64,000 bases of DNA from Ginglymostoma cirratum (lineage: Eukaryota). The stretch is from assembly GCA_024137785.1 (NCBI GenBank), contig JAHRHZ010000035.1, positions 15,092,856 through 15,156,855 on the forward strand, in the 5' to 3' direction. The position numbers and the translations under genes are program-made. This document shows, in pieces, positions 23,465 to 36,805 of the stretch (the first letter of the stretch is position 1; the number at the start of each line of letters is the position of its first letter). Below the pieces are notes generated by a model. It worked only from the letters and a program-made list of their open reading frames with translations, did not search any database and was not told the origin of the DNA.

Positions 23465-25680
23465 CTGCACAAAGATAAAGATTGGAATATTAACTTCTCT
23501 GTAAAATCAGCACACAAAGAAACAAAATTAGCCTGAAGTATACACAGTACTTAAATACATCATTGTGCTTAAAAAGAACAGAACAGCACTTACAAATTCT
23601 GATCAATTTATTCAATTTTTTTATGTTTGATGGATCTTTTATGTTGATTTCTGCTGAGTAGATACAGCTTTACAATAACAAACATGCCAATTAGGTAATG
23701 GCTTGCTACATCTCAATCCATTATACGCTCAATCCTTATGAGAGATGAAGACAAAGTGGGGGAGGGAAGAGAGCAAGAGAAAAGCTGCTTTAATATATCT
23801 TTCAAGCCATGCTTGTGAAAAGTTCACAAGTTCTGGCTGGCTTCCAGAAAGATTAATATTTTCCCACTGAGTCGGTTTAGCAGATAGTCTTGATGAATTT
23901 GACAAGTTCACTTGAGGGTGCTGTTGATACAAAATCAATATAAAAATACTGAGTGACTTTGGGAGTGGAATTCGTCCTCAGCAATAGTTAAGCATGTTCT
24001 ATTTCAGGAAAATAATTGGTTAAGGCTAGGTCTGGACCAAATGCTTTTACATTTAGTTGTTTGGTATTACAAAGCTTTTAAGTATTACCAATTCACAATA
24101 ATATCAATTTGAGGGCAAACCAATACTTATTTTGTATGAAAAAACAATGCTGATTCTTTGGAAAATTGAGTCTAGTAGACCCATTGCCATAGACAATGCA
24201 CTAGTGAATGATGACTGACAGATAGGTAACAGGCTTTGTTCAAATTTTAAACTGGCTGGATTGGTTCTGAAACTTAAACAAAACCTGACAGTTAACTGCC
24301 AGCTATCATTAGCAGGTGTATTTTCCATGGCAATGTCTCTACTCATAAATTCCAATGGCCAACAGTCAGCAGTCACTTCTCATATAGGACAAATGGTAGT
24401 TTCTTATTACATTGTTGTTCTTGCAAATTGCCTTAATGAGTTCAAATACAAAGCTTCAAAAACATGTCTTTTTTCTGCAATATGTTCTCATTTATTTACA
24501 GACCTATACTTACAAACTAACCCAATAACAAGTGTATTTGTATCAGGCTCAAATGAATACCCATCACTTACATATGATTAGGTGTAGGCAATCAACACAA
24601 TATGCATAGTGAATAACACTTAGTGAATTCTAAGCCTTTTTTACTCCTTTTTTTTGTCAAAAACTTCAGTGGAAAATAAAATCAGGTACAGTGTATAACA
24701 GGCTGCTTACTCAGTGTAAAATTGTGATGCTTATATCCTTGAAACCTCTCAGGATCCTGCTTTGTTTCAAGGCCCAAATGCCTTAATGGGTATTGGGAGA
24801 TAAGAGCTAACCACTGGAACTGTGGCTGATGATTCTGTTATGCAACCTCCTCACTATGGCTACGAATAGATACAATGCAGTCCATTCTACAACTGGGGCC
24901 ATCATGGAGTAGGTAATAGGCCTCCTAAAGATGAGATTCCATAGCTTTGATTAGCCTGGGGCAGATGGCCTTAGAGTATTGTGTGACACTTAATCCTTGC
25001 ATGCTGTGTTCTGCACAACTGGAGCAGGCAAAGAGGAAATATGATAAATACTGAAGAACTGGGAGCGATGCAGTAATCTTATGAGGATGAAAATAAGGAT
25101 ATTGTGCAGAACAAACATCAACTGTAGCATGATAGGACACTGCCGCACAAGCATTAGCAGTAAGATAGCACCAAAATTACATCTGTGTCCAATAGATTTG
25201 AGTTGCGTGCAGTGATCATTCATTGACAGTAAATTTGTCATTGCTTGAAAGTAAAGCAATCCTTTTGGTCCCCAGAGGTGATGCAGTTCTGTCTGTACAT
25301 TTTTCCTTTGCTGTTGCTCAATAAAATGTAATGCTTCAACTGTTTGGAGGCTTTCCAACATGCAGTGCTCCCACATTGAACAGTGAGAAGATGAAATGCT
25401 ACACTGAGCATTAGATCCGATTCTAACGTGGTAAGGCACTAAGAACAGATGGCTGTGCAACCTGATTCTTGTAGCTGCAGTTACAAAGATAGCCAATCAG
25501 ATAAGAGATGTTGTAAAATAGCAGTACATTTATAATTATGAGGTTCCATTTACAAATGAAGCGTCGCCTATGTTTGTTCAGAAGCTTAACTTTCCTGTTT
25601 CCTTTCCACCACATGGACTGTGATGAGCTATTTGTGGGTGGACCAGGTGCACAGCTAGGCTTTCAATATAATATTCAAAT

Positions 25681-26008
25681 GTAAAGGTGAATGTAGGTGG
25701 AGAGTTAGGGAAGGGATAGGACCTATCGCCTCCCTAACTCCCCACCTACATTCACCTTTACTGGCTCCAACCCCGTCTCTTTGACCTGTCTGTCTCCTCT
25801 CCACCTATCTTCTCCTTTATCCATCTTCTATCCGCCTCCCCCTCCCTATTTATTTCAGAATCCCCTTCCCCTCCCCCATTTCTGAAGAAGGGTCTCGACC
25901 CGAAACGTCGGCTTTCCTGCTCCTCTGATGCTGCTTGGCCTGCTGTGCTCATCCAGCTCTACACCTTGTTATCTCAGATTCTCCAGCATCGGCAGTTCCT
26001 TCTATCTC
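25681..26008 (+). mobile_element. Longer Penelope-like 3' fragment (5' fold-back, pyrimidine tract, hammerhead, subfamily A terminal repeat, tail)
   Basis: Hairpin 25681-25720/25722-25761 with 37/40 complementarity, C/T-rich 25762-25881, then subfamily A sequence. Confidence 0.85.
25879..25911 (+). ncRNA. Minimal type I hammerhead ribozyme motif, intact core
   Basis: CUGAAGA-A-GGGUC(UC)GACCC-GAAAC-GUC. Predicted cleavage after 25909. Confidence 0.7.
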
Positions 26009-26329
26009 AGCTTATTTTGGAAGTCTTGTGTCAGGCATGCCATTAGTATGTTCCACCTAGCACCAGCTGACTGATTGTAATCAGCACCTCCATGCTAGGG
26101 ATGTTGCCTTGAACAAGGAAATTGATACTGGGACATTTATCCCACAGTTTGACTTGCAAGACTTCATCAGCTCATGTCCCAACCTTTTTTTCAGGATATT
26201 TATGATCACATGTTTGAATGCGTTCTCTGGCTCATTTAAATTTTCCATTTTTTTTTCTTTTATTTCCTTTCATTAGAGTTCAGATTGATAACACTGTTAC
26301 AAAAATATCTAATTAGAATTCTTGTACAG

Positions 26330-26885
26330 TCTGAAACATAAAAGGCAAGAGATACTATTGGATCTTTATCAAAATCTTAAATTAAGAGTGACACATACTT
26401 TATTGACAGTGCACTATATGTCAGAAATTAAAGGTTTAGAAAGAACATGACACAGAATAAAAAGGATTCTGCCTAACTGTAAGAAAACAGATGGAAAGAC
26501 AAATTGCAGGACAATGTAATAGAAGCTTTTGAAATTTTGAAAGGATAGTTTAGGGTCAATAGAACCAGACTATTTGCAGAAGCTGGGATGTCAAGAATGA
26601 GAGACCATAGACAGAACATTGAACATGTTAAATTTAGAGAACAGGGTACGAGAATCTTCACAGGCAGTTGTTGAAGGTGTGGAATTTACTTATAAAGTTA
26701 TTAACTGAGGCAGAAAACATGTCCACATGGAAGATCAGATTGGATAAATATTGAGAGAAAATGGGTTGAAGAGATCGGGAAACCAGGTAGATCAATGTGA
26801 TTAGAACTATTAGTTTACATGGAGAGTTTATATGAAATATGACACAATTGATGGGCGGGATGATCAATTTCTGTGTAATTCCATG
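26330..26885 (+). mobile_element. Old CR1 LINE 3' fragment
   Basis: atagaagcttttgaaattttgaaagga, gtcaagaatgagagacca and ttcacaggcagttgttgaaggtgtggaat are decayed CR1 ORF2 end motifs. Confidence 0.6.
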
Positions 26886-28231
26886 CAGATGCCACTCACG
26901 ACTCAATCAAATGGGGAATATAGATTAATTGTTTCAAAGCTTTAGGAGATGTTGATATCCTCTAAATCAAACAATGTACCGATTCATTTGCTATCTCACT
27001 CTTTCTTCCTTCATCACAAAAAGGAAACATAAAATTTCATCTAATGGCAAGCTACGTGTGAAGAAATCTTCTTGGATTCTGTGTCCTGCAGCTAGTCATT
27101 TTGTGGTACGGAGTGCATTGTTGAAAAGAAACATTTACTAAAACTTTTCATTTACCACTTATCAGAACAATTTGCAAGAAGACCAATGTAAAGGGAAGGC
27201 AACATCTTTACGAGGAGGAAGTACTGATTCATTTGCAAGTGGACTCTGATCGGTAGAGGCATTGCCATGGAAAATGCAACAGTTAGACGATGACCAATAA
27301 TTAAACACCAAATCTCGTTTAAAATTAAATCAGACAGCTCAAAAACTTTAAGTCATTTTTCTTTGATATTGCTCCACCTGTGGCATCTGTATGAATAATC
27401 TCAGCAGCCATAATCAGATTTAAATTGTTTTTCCTATTTCTTACTGAAATGATTTTTAGCATATTACTTGAATTCTTGACATTGTAAATATTGAAGAGTG
27501 TTTCAAGACCCTGGTAACATTTTTTTTGTAAACACTGAATTATCTCTTCCTTCTCAATTCCCCAGTGTTCAAGATCCAAAGGAAAAAGAAACATAATCCA
27601 AAAATTATTGGGAAGCCATGTTAAGTTCCCAGTAGGCATCAATGGAGATTGTTGTAAAGGCCATTTACATCTCAAGAAGTAATAATTGATCCTAAAGCAA
27701 TTGGCTAAATCTTTGAAAAATTCTTTTAGGATGCATGTTTTACCTCCCCACCCCCTCCACTGTCTAATATTTTGGTTTTTTTTGGAAGTTAAGCACACCT
27801 GAGGATTTGTTTATTACTTACTTCCACACATTAGTTAATGATAATATCAAAATGCCTGAGTAAAAAATCATACTGTAAACCAGTGACAATATAAAGGGAA
27901 GCTCAAAAGATCTTATTTGCATAAATGGTTTGGGAAACAGCTGCCATGGTAGTGAAGCCTCAGAGTTTGAATACCCTGAAAGTGAGATGATGTTTAATGA
28001 ATATAGCATGCTTCCAACAGATACTTTGCTAATAATCCAACTAAGACAGTATACTATTCATACCGCTTGAAATAAGTCAATTGTGTGCTAATCTAATGAA
28101 ACATTAAGGATGTTAAAACATCTCAAAGGTGTGTTTGGTGCTGATGACATTGAGCCATCTGGATGGGACCATTGATTTGCTGGGTCAATTCTCTCATTCC
28201 ATACAAGGCAATTATATATACCAAACTACTG

Positions 28232-28470
28232 ATAGGGGCTCTTGTGGCACTGTGATAGCTGGAGCAGGTAGGGAAACTATGTATTTTAACAAGTCTGAAC
28301 AGGTTGTTTCAAAATATCTATCCCACTCCGGCTAATATTCCAAGTGATTTTAAGGGTCTTGTGGTACAGTGATTAGTGTTCCCTACCTCTCAGCCAGAAA
28401 GTCAGTTTTCAAATCCCACATGCCCTAAAGTGTGTCAGAATAACATAGGCAAGGAGGTAAATTATTTTTT
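28232..28470 (+). repeat. tRNA-derived tandem unit repeat (2 decayed units)
   Basis: gggctcttgtggcac / gggtcttgtggtacagtg...ccctacctct; tctgaacaggttg...aaatatct. Homologous to 47555-47978. Confidence 0.6.
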
Positions 28471-28509
28471 TACGTACTGAAATCCTTGTGCTAACTCTGG
28501 AAATTACTC

Positions 28510-28720
28510 AAATAAAAGCAAAATACTGTTGATGCTGGAGGTCTGAAATAAGAAGGGAAAGTGCTGGAGAAACTCACCAGATCTGGCAGCATGTGTTGAG
28601 GGAGGAACAGAGTTATTATTATAAGTCCGATATGACCTTTCTTCAGATTGTTAACTCTGTCTCTCTCTCCATGTATGTTTCTTGCTTGCTCAGTTTCCCC
28701 AGCACTTTCTGTTTTTATTA
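28510..28720 (-). mobile_element. Older palindromic Penelope-like element, subfamily B-like
   Basis: Arms gaaagtgctggagaaactca / tcagtttccccagcactttc, tail aaatactgttgatgctgg, and minus-strand ctgaagaaaggtca remnant. Confidence 0.7.
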
Positions 28721-30294
28721 CTGGAAGTTAATCACTTAAATCTCCAAATGCATTGATCATGGTTGTGGCTCTTTACTGCTGCCAATCTCCAGAATTTAGA
28801 TTATTGATTTCCACATTTGCTTTTAGCCAATTTTCCTTTGGAGTGAAACAGTCTACAATTACATTCTCATTACGGAAAATAATGCACAGTCGAGCAAGGC
28901 CAACATGTATATACTAGGTTTGCCAATACAAAGTGAATTTTAAGTCATCATGCACAGTGTTACCTGGAATAATCTTTTACAAGTAATGCAAAATATAGAA
29001 TAACATGACTAACACTATGGTTTTGTGATGTTCCAATAGCAGAAAGCAGAAATTTTGTGAAAGCGATACTTGATTTCTGTCACCAGATTCTGAAATCAAT
29101 ATACTTTAATAAGCTTGAAGTAAACACAGAAAAATGAGGCAGAATTACTCTGTTGCTATGGTTCCACTTTCTGAAACAATTTGGTTACGAATAGAAAGCC
29201 CCTGACAATTAACGTAAGATTTCTGACACCATCATATTGAGCTTTTCTTTGTTTTCTAAGTGATGAGATCCCAGTTGAGAAATCGTATACCTTCAGAGTC
29301 ATCAAACTGTCGTTACATATTCTACCCTCCTCCTCCAGATGACAGAACACGAGCGTCAACTGCCAGGAAAGCACTGAGAGGAACTGAAGATGCCTGTGAG
29401 CAGCAGCCATTACACTTCAGTGAGAAAGATAAAATAGGCAGATTCTGTAAATGGTAGCGCACATTTCTCTCCAAATCTTACAAACAGTGTCATGTCTGCT
29501 CCACTTGAAAGATTCCTGCAAAGCTGCAAGAGCAGAAATGAAGTTCTGTCACTACATTCTTGTTGTTTTTAACCTTAGTGCTGCAGATTTGTCATTCCAT
29601 GAACTGTGCGTTTGTGAGCACTAGCTGAGAAGGAACCACAAGTAACTTCTATTTTCCTCCCAAAATACTTAAAAGTGTTCTTAACGAAAGAGCCATATCT
29701 ACCAAAACTAAGAATCAAGACAAACTAATGACATCTGGGTTTCCCTAACCATCAAATTTGCTGAGACAAGATGGTATTGTTGTAACCAAGTCTCCAAATC
29801 CAAACTCAGCAGAGACAATGGGCAACAAGTGTCAAAACCGTGGCCAAATAAATATAATTGCAATTCCTGATCAGTTTATTTGGGAATTGATAACTACAAA
29901 GCAGAGTGGATCCAGTGCATCACATTTTATTTCCGATATTTATTCCCAAATTCGTATAATTTTGGTTCTTGTTCTTCTTCTTACTTTCTTCTGCCCTTTT
30001 GAGTTTGAAGCCCTTTCTATAGGAGAAAGGTTGCAAGTTATTGCATCTTTTTTTTCTTTATTGGTTCAATTCTCGGAAAATAAGAGTGAAATCATGGTGC
30101 CTGCCAGTATTAATGCACAAGAACTCGAGAAATGTGTGATGAGAGATACTCCAGAGGTTGCAACTTCCTACAAATTATTGAGCTACTTGCTCCAATTTGT
30201 CTTTGAAAAAGAACAGACGTTCACTGTCCATCTTCCCCAGAAGTGTCAGGAAGTTGTTGAAATTGCACTGTAAAGATGACAGTCACCTTTAGAG

Positions 30295-31441
30295 CTTTTT
30301 GTTTGCTGATGGGATGTGGAAATTGCTGACTAAGTCAGCAGTTATTACCCATCCCTAATTGCCCTGAAAAGGTGGTGGTGAGCTGCCCTTTTGAACTGCC
30401 ACAGTTGAAAACTTGGGCTGTTGAGACAACCACAATGCTGGTAGGAAAGGAGTTCCAGGATTCTGGCCTAGCTGTAGTGAAGGAGACACAATTTCAGTCC
30501 GGGTCAGGATGGTGAGTGGTTTGGAGGGGAATTGTAGGTGGTGGTGTTCCCCTGTATCTGTTGCACTTGTCTTGCTTGCTGGTAGTGGTCGTGGGTTTGG
30601 AAAGAGCTGACTAAGCAGCCTTGGGGAGTTGTTACAGTTCGTCTTCTATATGTTACACACTGCTGTCATTGTGTCTCTGTGGTAAGGGGAGTGAAAGTTG
30701 AACGCACTGGATGAGAGCCAATTAAGTAGGCTGCTTCATCTTGTATGAAGTCTCTATAGTGTTGTTGAGTACGTAGAGAGAATTTTTTCATACTTGTCAC
30801 TTGTGCCATGTAGTAGGCGGACAGGCAGTGGGGTGACAGGAAGTGAGTTATTCGCCACAGACATCTTAGCCTCTGATCACATTGTCACAATGTGTATGTG
30901 GCTGGTCCAGTTCAATTTCTGGCCCCCAGCTTGTTAATAGTGCGGGATTTAGTGATGGTAGTGCCTTGAATATTAGGGAGCTTTGGTCACATTCTGTCTT
31001 GGTTGAAGGTTGTCATTTACTGGCATTTGTATAGCTCAAATATTATTTGCCATTTATTAGCTGAAGCCTGGATATTGTCTAAGTCTTGTTGCAAATAGGC
31101 ACAGACTGCTTCACGATCTGAGTCACCTTAAATGGTGCTGAACATTGTGTAAATCATCAGTGAATATCCCATTTCTGCTCTAATGATGGAGGGAAGGTGA
31201 TTGATGAAGCAGCTAAACATGACTGGCCTTTGGACGCTGTGCTGAGAAACTGCAGAAATATTTTGGATCTGAGATGATCGAACTCCAACAATCACAACCC
31301 TTTTCATTTGTACTGGGTGCGATGTCAAGCAATGGAGAAATTTCCCACAATTCCCATTGACTTTGGTTTTTATTAGGGTCCCTTAATGCCATACTCAATG
31401 TTGCCTTGGTATCAAGGGCAGTAACTCTCACCTCACATTTC
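30295..31441 (-). mobile_element. CR1-clade LINE fragment (RT to 3' end), a second family distinct from the HER1-like one
   Basis: ORF 31128..31328 FSCFINHLPSIIRAEMG resembles the RT segment preceding the FADD motif. The 3' tail gggcaattagggatggg is shared with SINE-B. Confidence 0.8.
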
Positions 31442-32010
31442 ATTTTGTAGGTTCCTGATGAATTATGTAGTTTACAGTTCTGTCAAAATCATTGAGTGCA
31501 TCACACTTCAGTGTGGGAAGGCACTAAATAAATGCAATTATCTCTATAACCAAGAAGAACTGGAACTCCATATAAAAGAAAGTAATTATTTTTAACAAAA
31601 TTTACTTTTGGGGAGACACACTTTAATGCTGGATTAGGTAATGATGCTGGTGTTGTCTCTACATTAACTCAAGACAGCACTCTAAGGCAGATTATGTTGC
31701 AACAAATGATACATCTCCCATGATATAATTGTCACACCGCTCAATCATTATACAAATAATATTCAATGTTTATTTGTTAAACTTCAAAATAGGAGTTTTA
31801 TAATGAATCTGGAATATCCCCTGTGTAAAACTAAAACCGGCAAATGCATTTGGCAAAGAGATTTTCTTAAGATGATAAAGCCCCATTAAATATCAAGGGG
31901 AAAGAAATTTGGCAGATATTTTAATTCTCAGGATTTAATTAAAAGAATGTAGATCTGTTATTTTGTATATCTAGACTGTACAAGTGATGAAGCATGTGGC
32001 AACATAATTT

Positions 32011-32249
32011 GGAACAAAAACAAAGTTGCTGGAAAAGCTCAGCAGGTCTGGCAGCATCTGTGGATGAGAAAACAGAGTTAACGTTTCGGGTCCGGTGATC
32101 CTTCCTCAGTTCTCAGGAAGGGACACTGGACCCAAAACGTTAACTCTGTTTTCTCCTCCACAGATGCTGCCAGACCTGCCGAGCTTTTCCAGCAACTTTG
32201 TTTTTGTTCCTGATTTACAGCATCCGCAGTTCTTTTGGCTTTTATTTAA
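32011..32249 (+). mobile_element. Young palindromic Penelope-like element, subfamily B
   Basis: Inverted arms of ~95-100 bp plus a ~38 nt tail. Perfect 14-bp TSD tggcaacataattt at 31997-32010 and 32250-32263. Confidence 0.88.
32077..32110 (-). ncRNA. Minimal hammerhead motif, core intact, stem I lost at the inversion junction
   Basis: Minus strand CUGAGGA-A-GGAUC(ACCG)GACCC-GAAAC-GUU, with one stem II mismatch. Confidence 0.5.
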
Positions 32250-35200
32250 TGGCAACATAATTTAATGGTACAACTTAATAGCCACTACCACAAAATTGTT
32301 CTTTTGAACGCCCACCGTCCATGTGACTTTTAACAGTAAAAGCTCACTTCAATGACTCCCTGTTCCTTGAACTGCAAAATCCCATAAGCCTTATTCATTT
32401 CCTTTTTGGAACAAAAAGAACAGTTACAAGCAATCTGCATGGGTGAAAGCACAAAGACAGATAACCTATTGTTCAGAGCAAATGATGCTTTTTGTTCCCC
32501 AGTGCTTTTTCTTTGTGTCTACCTCCATGTCCAAAAACACATCGTTTCTATACCAAGGTATGAAAACCTTTCCTTGATCTCAACAGGTTTCAGCTTAGAT
32601 CACACGGGCCCATCCCTGGGGATAGTCAACATGATCATTGTCCTTCCTATCCAGGATGTTCTGTTTTATTTAAGTGAAATATTATATTTTAAAACCTAAT
32701 GTAAAAATTCCACATTTCTAACAGCTAATGGAGCAGTACGATGGCAACTGATGTCAGGTTCTCGGGAGTTTGAGCTCTTTAATCAAATTGTTCTGCCTGG
32801 GCACTGAGGAATTGGAATGTAATCTGCAATACACATCACACATAGAAAGACTGGGGGGATTTTTGACCAGGTTGTATTTTTCCCCTAGTAAATGTGGACT
32901 AAATATAAAATATTATTAAACTTAGTTTGGAATTGGACTATTTGATGATCTCTGTAAACAAAGTTATCTGCTTGAACCAGAGTTTCTAACTGCAGACAGC
33001 GAGGTTGTAACACAGCAGAAGGAGACTTAAGCCTGGAAATTATAATCAGACAACGTTAGGGCTTAAACACTAGTGGTACTTGTAGCAAATCTATTTGTCC
33101 ACTATTTTAACATTAAAATAGGGATCAATTGGATTTTGATATAAATAAGTAAAATGCAATATGAGGGACAATATCATTTGCAGGATTTGCTAGCTTATAA
33201 CTAAGGGCATCTTTCTGCACTTCAGTTGTTATTATCAAATGTATGACTCATTAACAATCATTTCCGAATGGTATTTTTAAATATTTACAAGATGCATCAT
33301 CAATTGACAGTTGACATGCCAAAATGGAAAATGAGAAATTACATCTCCAGGTTCTATGTTTGTAGGTCCAGGATACTGAAGTTTCTGAACCTTACATAAG
33401 GTTCCAATTCCACCTAATTGCATCTTAGCAACCAATACCTCAGAGCTCTGTTATTCTTTTATGAGTCAGCATTTAAATGTCAGGTAAGCTCCCCATGGTA
33501 ACAAATTTTATTCAGCTTTCCTAAGACAGTTCAGCACTGAACTCAGATGTTTGTGTTCAAATGTAGGGTCTCCACTAGAAAAATGAATCTATACTTTTTC
33601 GTATACTCAGCAAAATAGTGAATATCTTCATCATTTCCTATTTTTCTTAATCTGTTTTTAATTATCAGGTATATAAATCTTATTTAACTATAATATAAAT
33701 GGGCAACTTTATTCCTCACGTTCTACAACTCAAGTATTACTGTGCCACCAGTTATTGCCCTAGGTCAGGTGTCACTGTTATCTTTACCTGACACTTTGTC
33801 AATTTGACACCGTCCCACCCTACCAATGCAATCAAGAAATGTCAGGCAGAAACTGCAAACAAATTTAAAAACAATGCATACAATAGTGGTCTACATTATA
33901 CAAAATGTCAAAGTTGAAAACCGGCAACACTATCTCAATATTTTAATGGTCAAATTTTGGACTCCTAATTTGTGCCATCTGGAATCCCATTGTTGACTTG
34001 TCTCATACATAAGCTACGCTTGTTAAATACATATATAGTGATGCTAATAATCACTAGGCTTCCCACATAGTCTTTGTTCCACTCTTATTTCCGTGAGATC
34101 CTGCCAATGTTTTGTTGTACGCTGTTGCAGTGAGCTTAGACCTCAGCACAGAATTGCTCAAATCACTATTTAAATATCTCCAGCTGACTGACAATTATAA
34201 TTGTCTAATGTGCCAGATGTCATAATGTCAAATCTGACCCTGCAGTAGTACATCATAATAAGCTGCAATTACTTGTGTGTGTGTTTTTTTTTGCTTTTGA
34301 TTTGCATAAATTTCCACTTATCATTTTCATAGGTCCAAACTGACAGAAATTGTCTCGTATCAGTTAGCTAATCCCTCAGGATAGTTTTTAAAATGGCAAC
34401 CTCCAGCTCTTCAAAATATAGGATTCATAATTCATAATGGCAGCAGACAATTGATTCTTATAATCACTAAAAGGTCAGAGAAAATAAAGCAGATAATGCT
34501 GAAAGGCATGGGAAATAACATCATGACACTTTGAATCACTTTTCCTTCATGTTTTCAATTAAACCTGTTGCATTGATGCCATATGCTAAGTACAATTTTT
34601 GCAGAAACACTGAAACAAAGACACAGGATTCCTGAGTGTCATTTTTTGGTCACAGTTCCAGCTTCAAGTTTTAACGTTCACCAAGGAACCCAAGGGGTTC
34701 TCAACTCGGTAAGCTCTACTGCACTGATGATCTTAAAAGAGAGCCCAACAACCAGCAATACTTCCTCCTTCCACATTCGGTACTCAACTGGTAAGCTATT
34801 CCGTCCTTGCCAGTTCTGTTTTGAGAGTAAATTGTGTAACAAGAAGAAAGCGTTTTATACGTGCATGATCTAAATGTTTATCAACGCTCAAAGCTTCCTG
34901 CTAAATCATGCTCTGCCAGTGCTAGATTTATGAGAATCCAGAGAACACCCGAGTGAGATGATGAATGAACAGGAAATTGCTTTTTGTTGATCTCTTAGCA
35001 TTTCATAACCTGCTTCATGCAGAGAGCCAATTAAAGACCTTTCTTTCTCTTATGGTCTGACTCATACCAATATGCAATTGAATTCTCTATACCACAGGAT
35101 AATACACATTTTTGATAGGCAAATGGAACAAACAAATATACAAAGAAATCATGAGTAAACTGACTATTGTTAATCTTGCCACCATATATTTTCTTTCTAA

Positions 35201-35388
35201 TTTTAGTCCCCTAATTGTCTCTGAAGGAATTAACGATTCTGGCTACCTGACAACCCTAGAGGCAGCAGTACATCCCAACGTGAGATACTTCACAGCAATG
35301 TGTTCTGAACTGAGTGCTCACTTCTTTCATGGGGAAACTTGACCATTGTGCAACAATTGGAAATTAACTCAGAATACTTTAGCACCTA

Positions 35389-35735
35389 GGAGAGGTGATG
35401 GTTTAGTTGTATTATCAGTAGACTGTTAATCCAGAGACCCAGGTAATGTTCTGGGCACCTGGGTTCAAATCCCAGCCACAGCAGAAGGAGGAATTTGAAT
35501 TCAATAAAAACCTGAAATTGATGATGACCATGAATCAATTTTCAATTGTCAGAAAAAGCCCATCTGATTCACTTATGTCTTTTAAGGAAAGCAATTACTG
35601 TCTTTAGCTAGTTTGGCCTACATATAATTCCAGAGTCACAGCAATTCGTTGACTCTTAACTGACCTCTGGGCAATTAGGAATGGGCAATAAATGCTAGCT
35701 TAGCCAGTGACACCCTCATCTGTGAATGAATAAAA
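35389..35735 (+). mobile_element. SINE-B copy
   Basis: Full-length homolog of 8799-9190. Confidence 0.85.
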
Positions 35736-36556
35736 CCCTATAGATAAGGATACATATATTATACACACACTACCATTCCCCACAGCAAGCCAAGTACAGT
35801 TTTACAGCTGTGACGTTTATAAGATAAGTAACTTTTTGGACTGCATCTTTAAATTTAAGGCAAAATGAAGAATGTCATGTCACCTGTACTGAGTGTGCCT
35901 GACAACGATCTGGGTCATAGGTCAATTACATATTCAAGAAAGGCCTACATTATTTTACTGGGAAGGAGTTGCAGATTCACATTTGCAAGCAATTGCAAAT
36001 GCACTTATGATGCCAAAGGACAAACCACAGGTCTGCAAGTCTAAGGGAATTTGTTAAAATGTCAGGTTACAAAAGCGTATGCTTTGAACCATCCATCTGA
36101 TTCTAGAATAGGATAAATTTGAAGCATAAAGGGTAGCTAATCAGCATTTCAAGTTATATAAAAGGTACACATGATTCACTTTGCCATAGAGAAGGCTGCA
36201 GAGAAAGACATTATAAAGTCCTTGTTGCAGCCTTTACTGAAATATCATTATTAGATGGTGAGCCTGTCAGGATTCAAGAAAGGGAGAGTAACTATTGGTA
36301 GCACAGAATGTCATAGTTCACCTTGAAAAATGTGAATGCGAACTTGCACTCAGATTGGAAAGACAAAATTCATAGGTAGCTATGTCAAGGTTAGAAGAAC
36401 AGCTTAGTTTTACCTAGAGAGAGTCAATTACAGGATAACCCATAGCATAAATGACAGTCTGGAAATTTTTAACTCCAGAACTAAGGAAGGAAAAAGGCAA
36501 GACACTTGGGAGCTAAGAATCATTTTTATACCAATTCTGAGAGAATTGAATATCTA

Positions 36557-36805
36557 TGTAAATGACAGTTGCAATTGGAACAAGATTGGCCAGGTGGATC
36601 ACACTGAGTATGAGATCCCTGATTGGGACTGTTAATCTGGGCCAATCAGGGAGCCCTAGCTGACAGATATAAACAGGAGCATCAGAGAGTCTCTTCATTC
36701 TAGTCACTGGCTCTGAGTTAGCTGGTCAGAGACCACGTACTGTGCACACATTAATAAATGGTGACTTGGTGATGGGATACCAGTCTCCGTGGAGTTATTT
36801 CAACA
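36557..36805 (+). mobile_element. Probable solo LTR (Gypsy-type)
   Basis: TG...CA ends, inverted CCAAT pair, gatataaa TATA-like box and aataaa, in U3-R-U5 order over ~250 bp. No clear TSD. Confidence 0.6.

Noticed and set aside
24990-25496. 168-aa minus-strand ORF (also 27325..27798, 157 aa)
   Set aside because: No recognisable motif, and no channel-like sequence or supported splice sites.
29758-30273. 171-aa plus-strand ORF
   Set aside because: TTG start, no recognisable domain and antisense within an intron. Likely chance.
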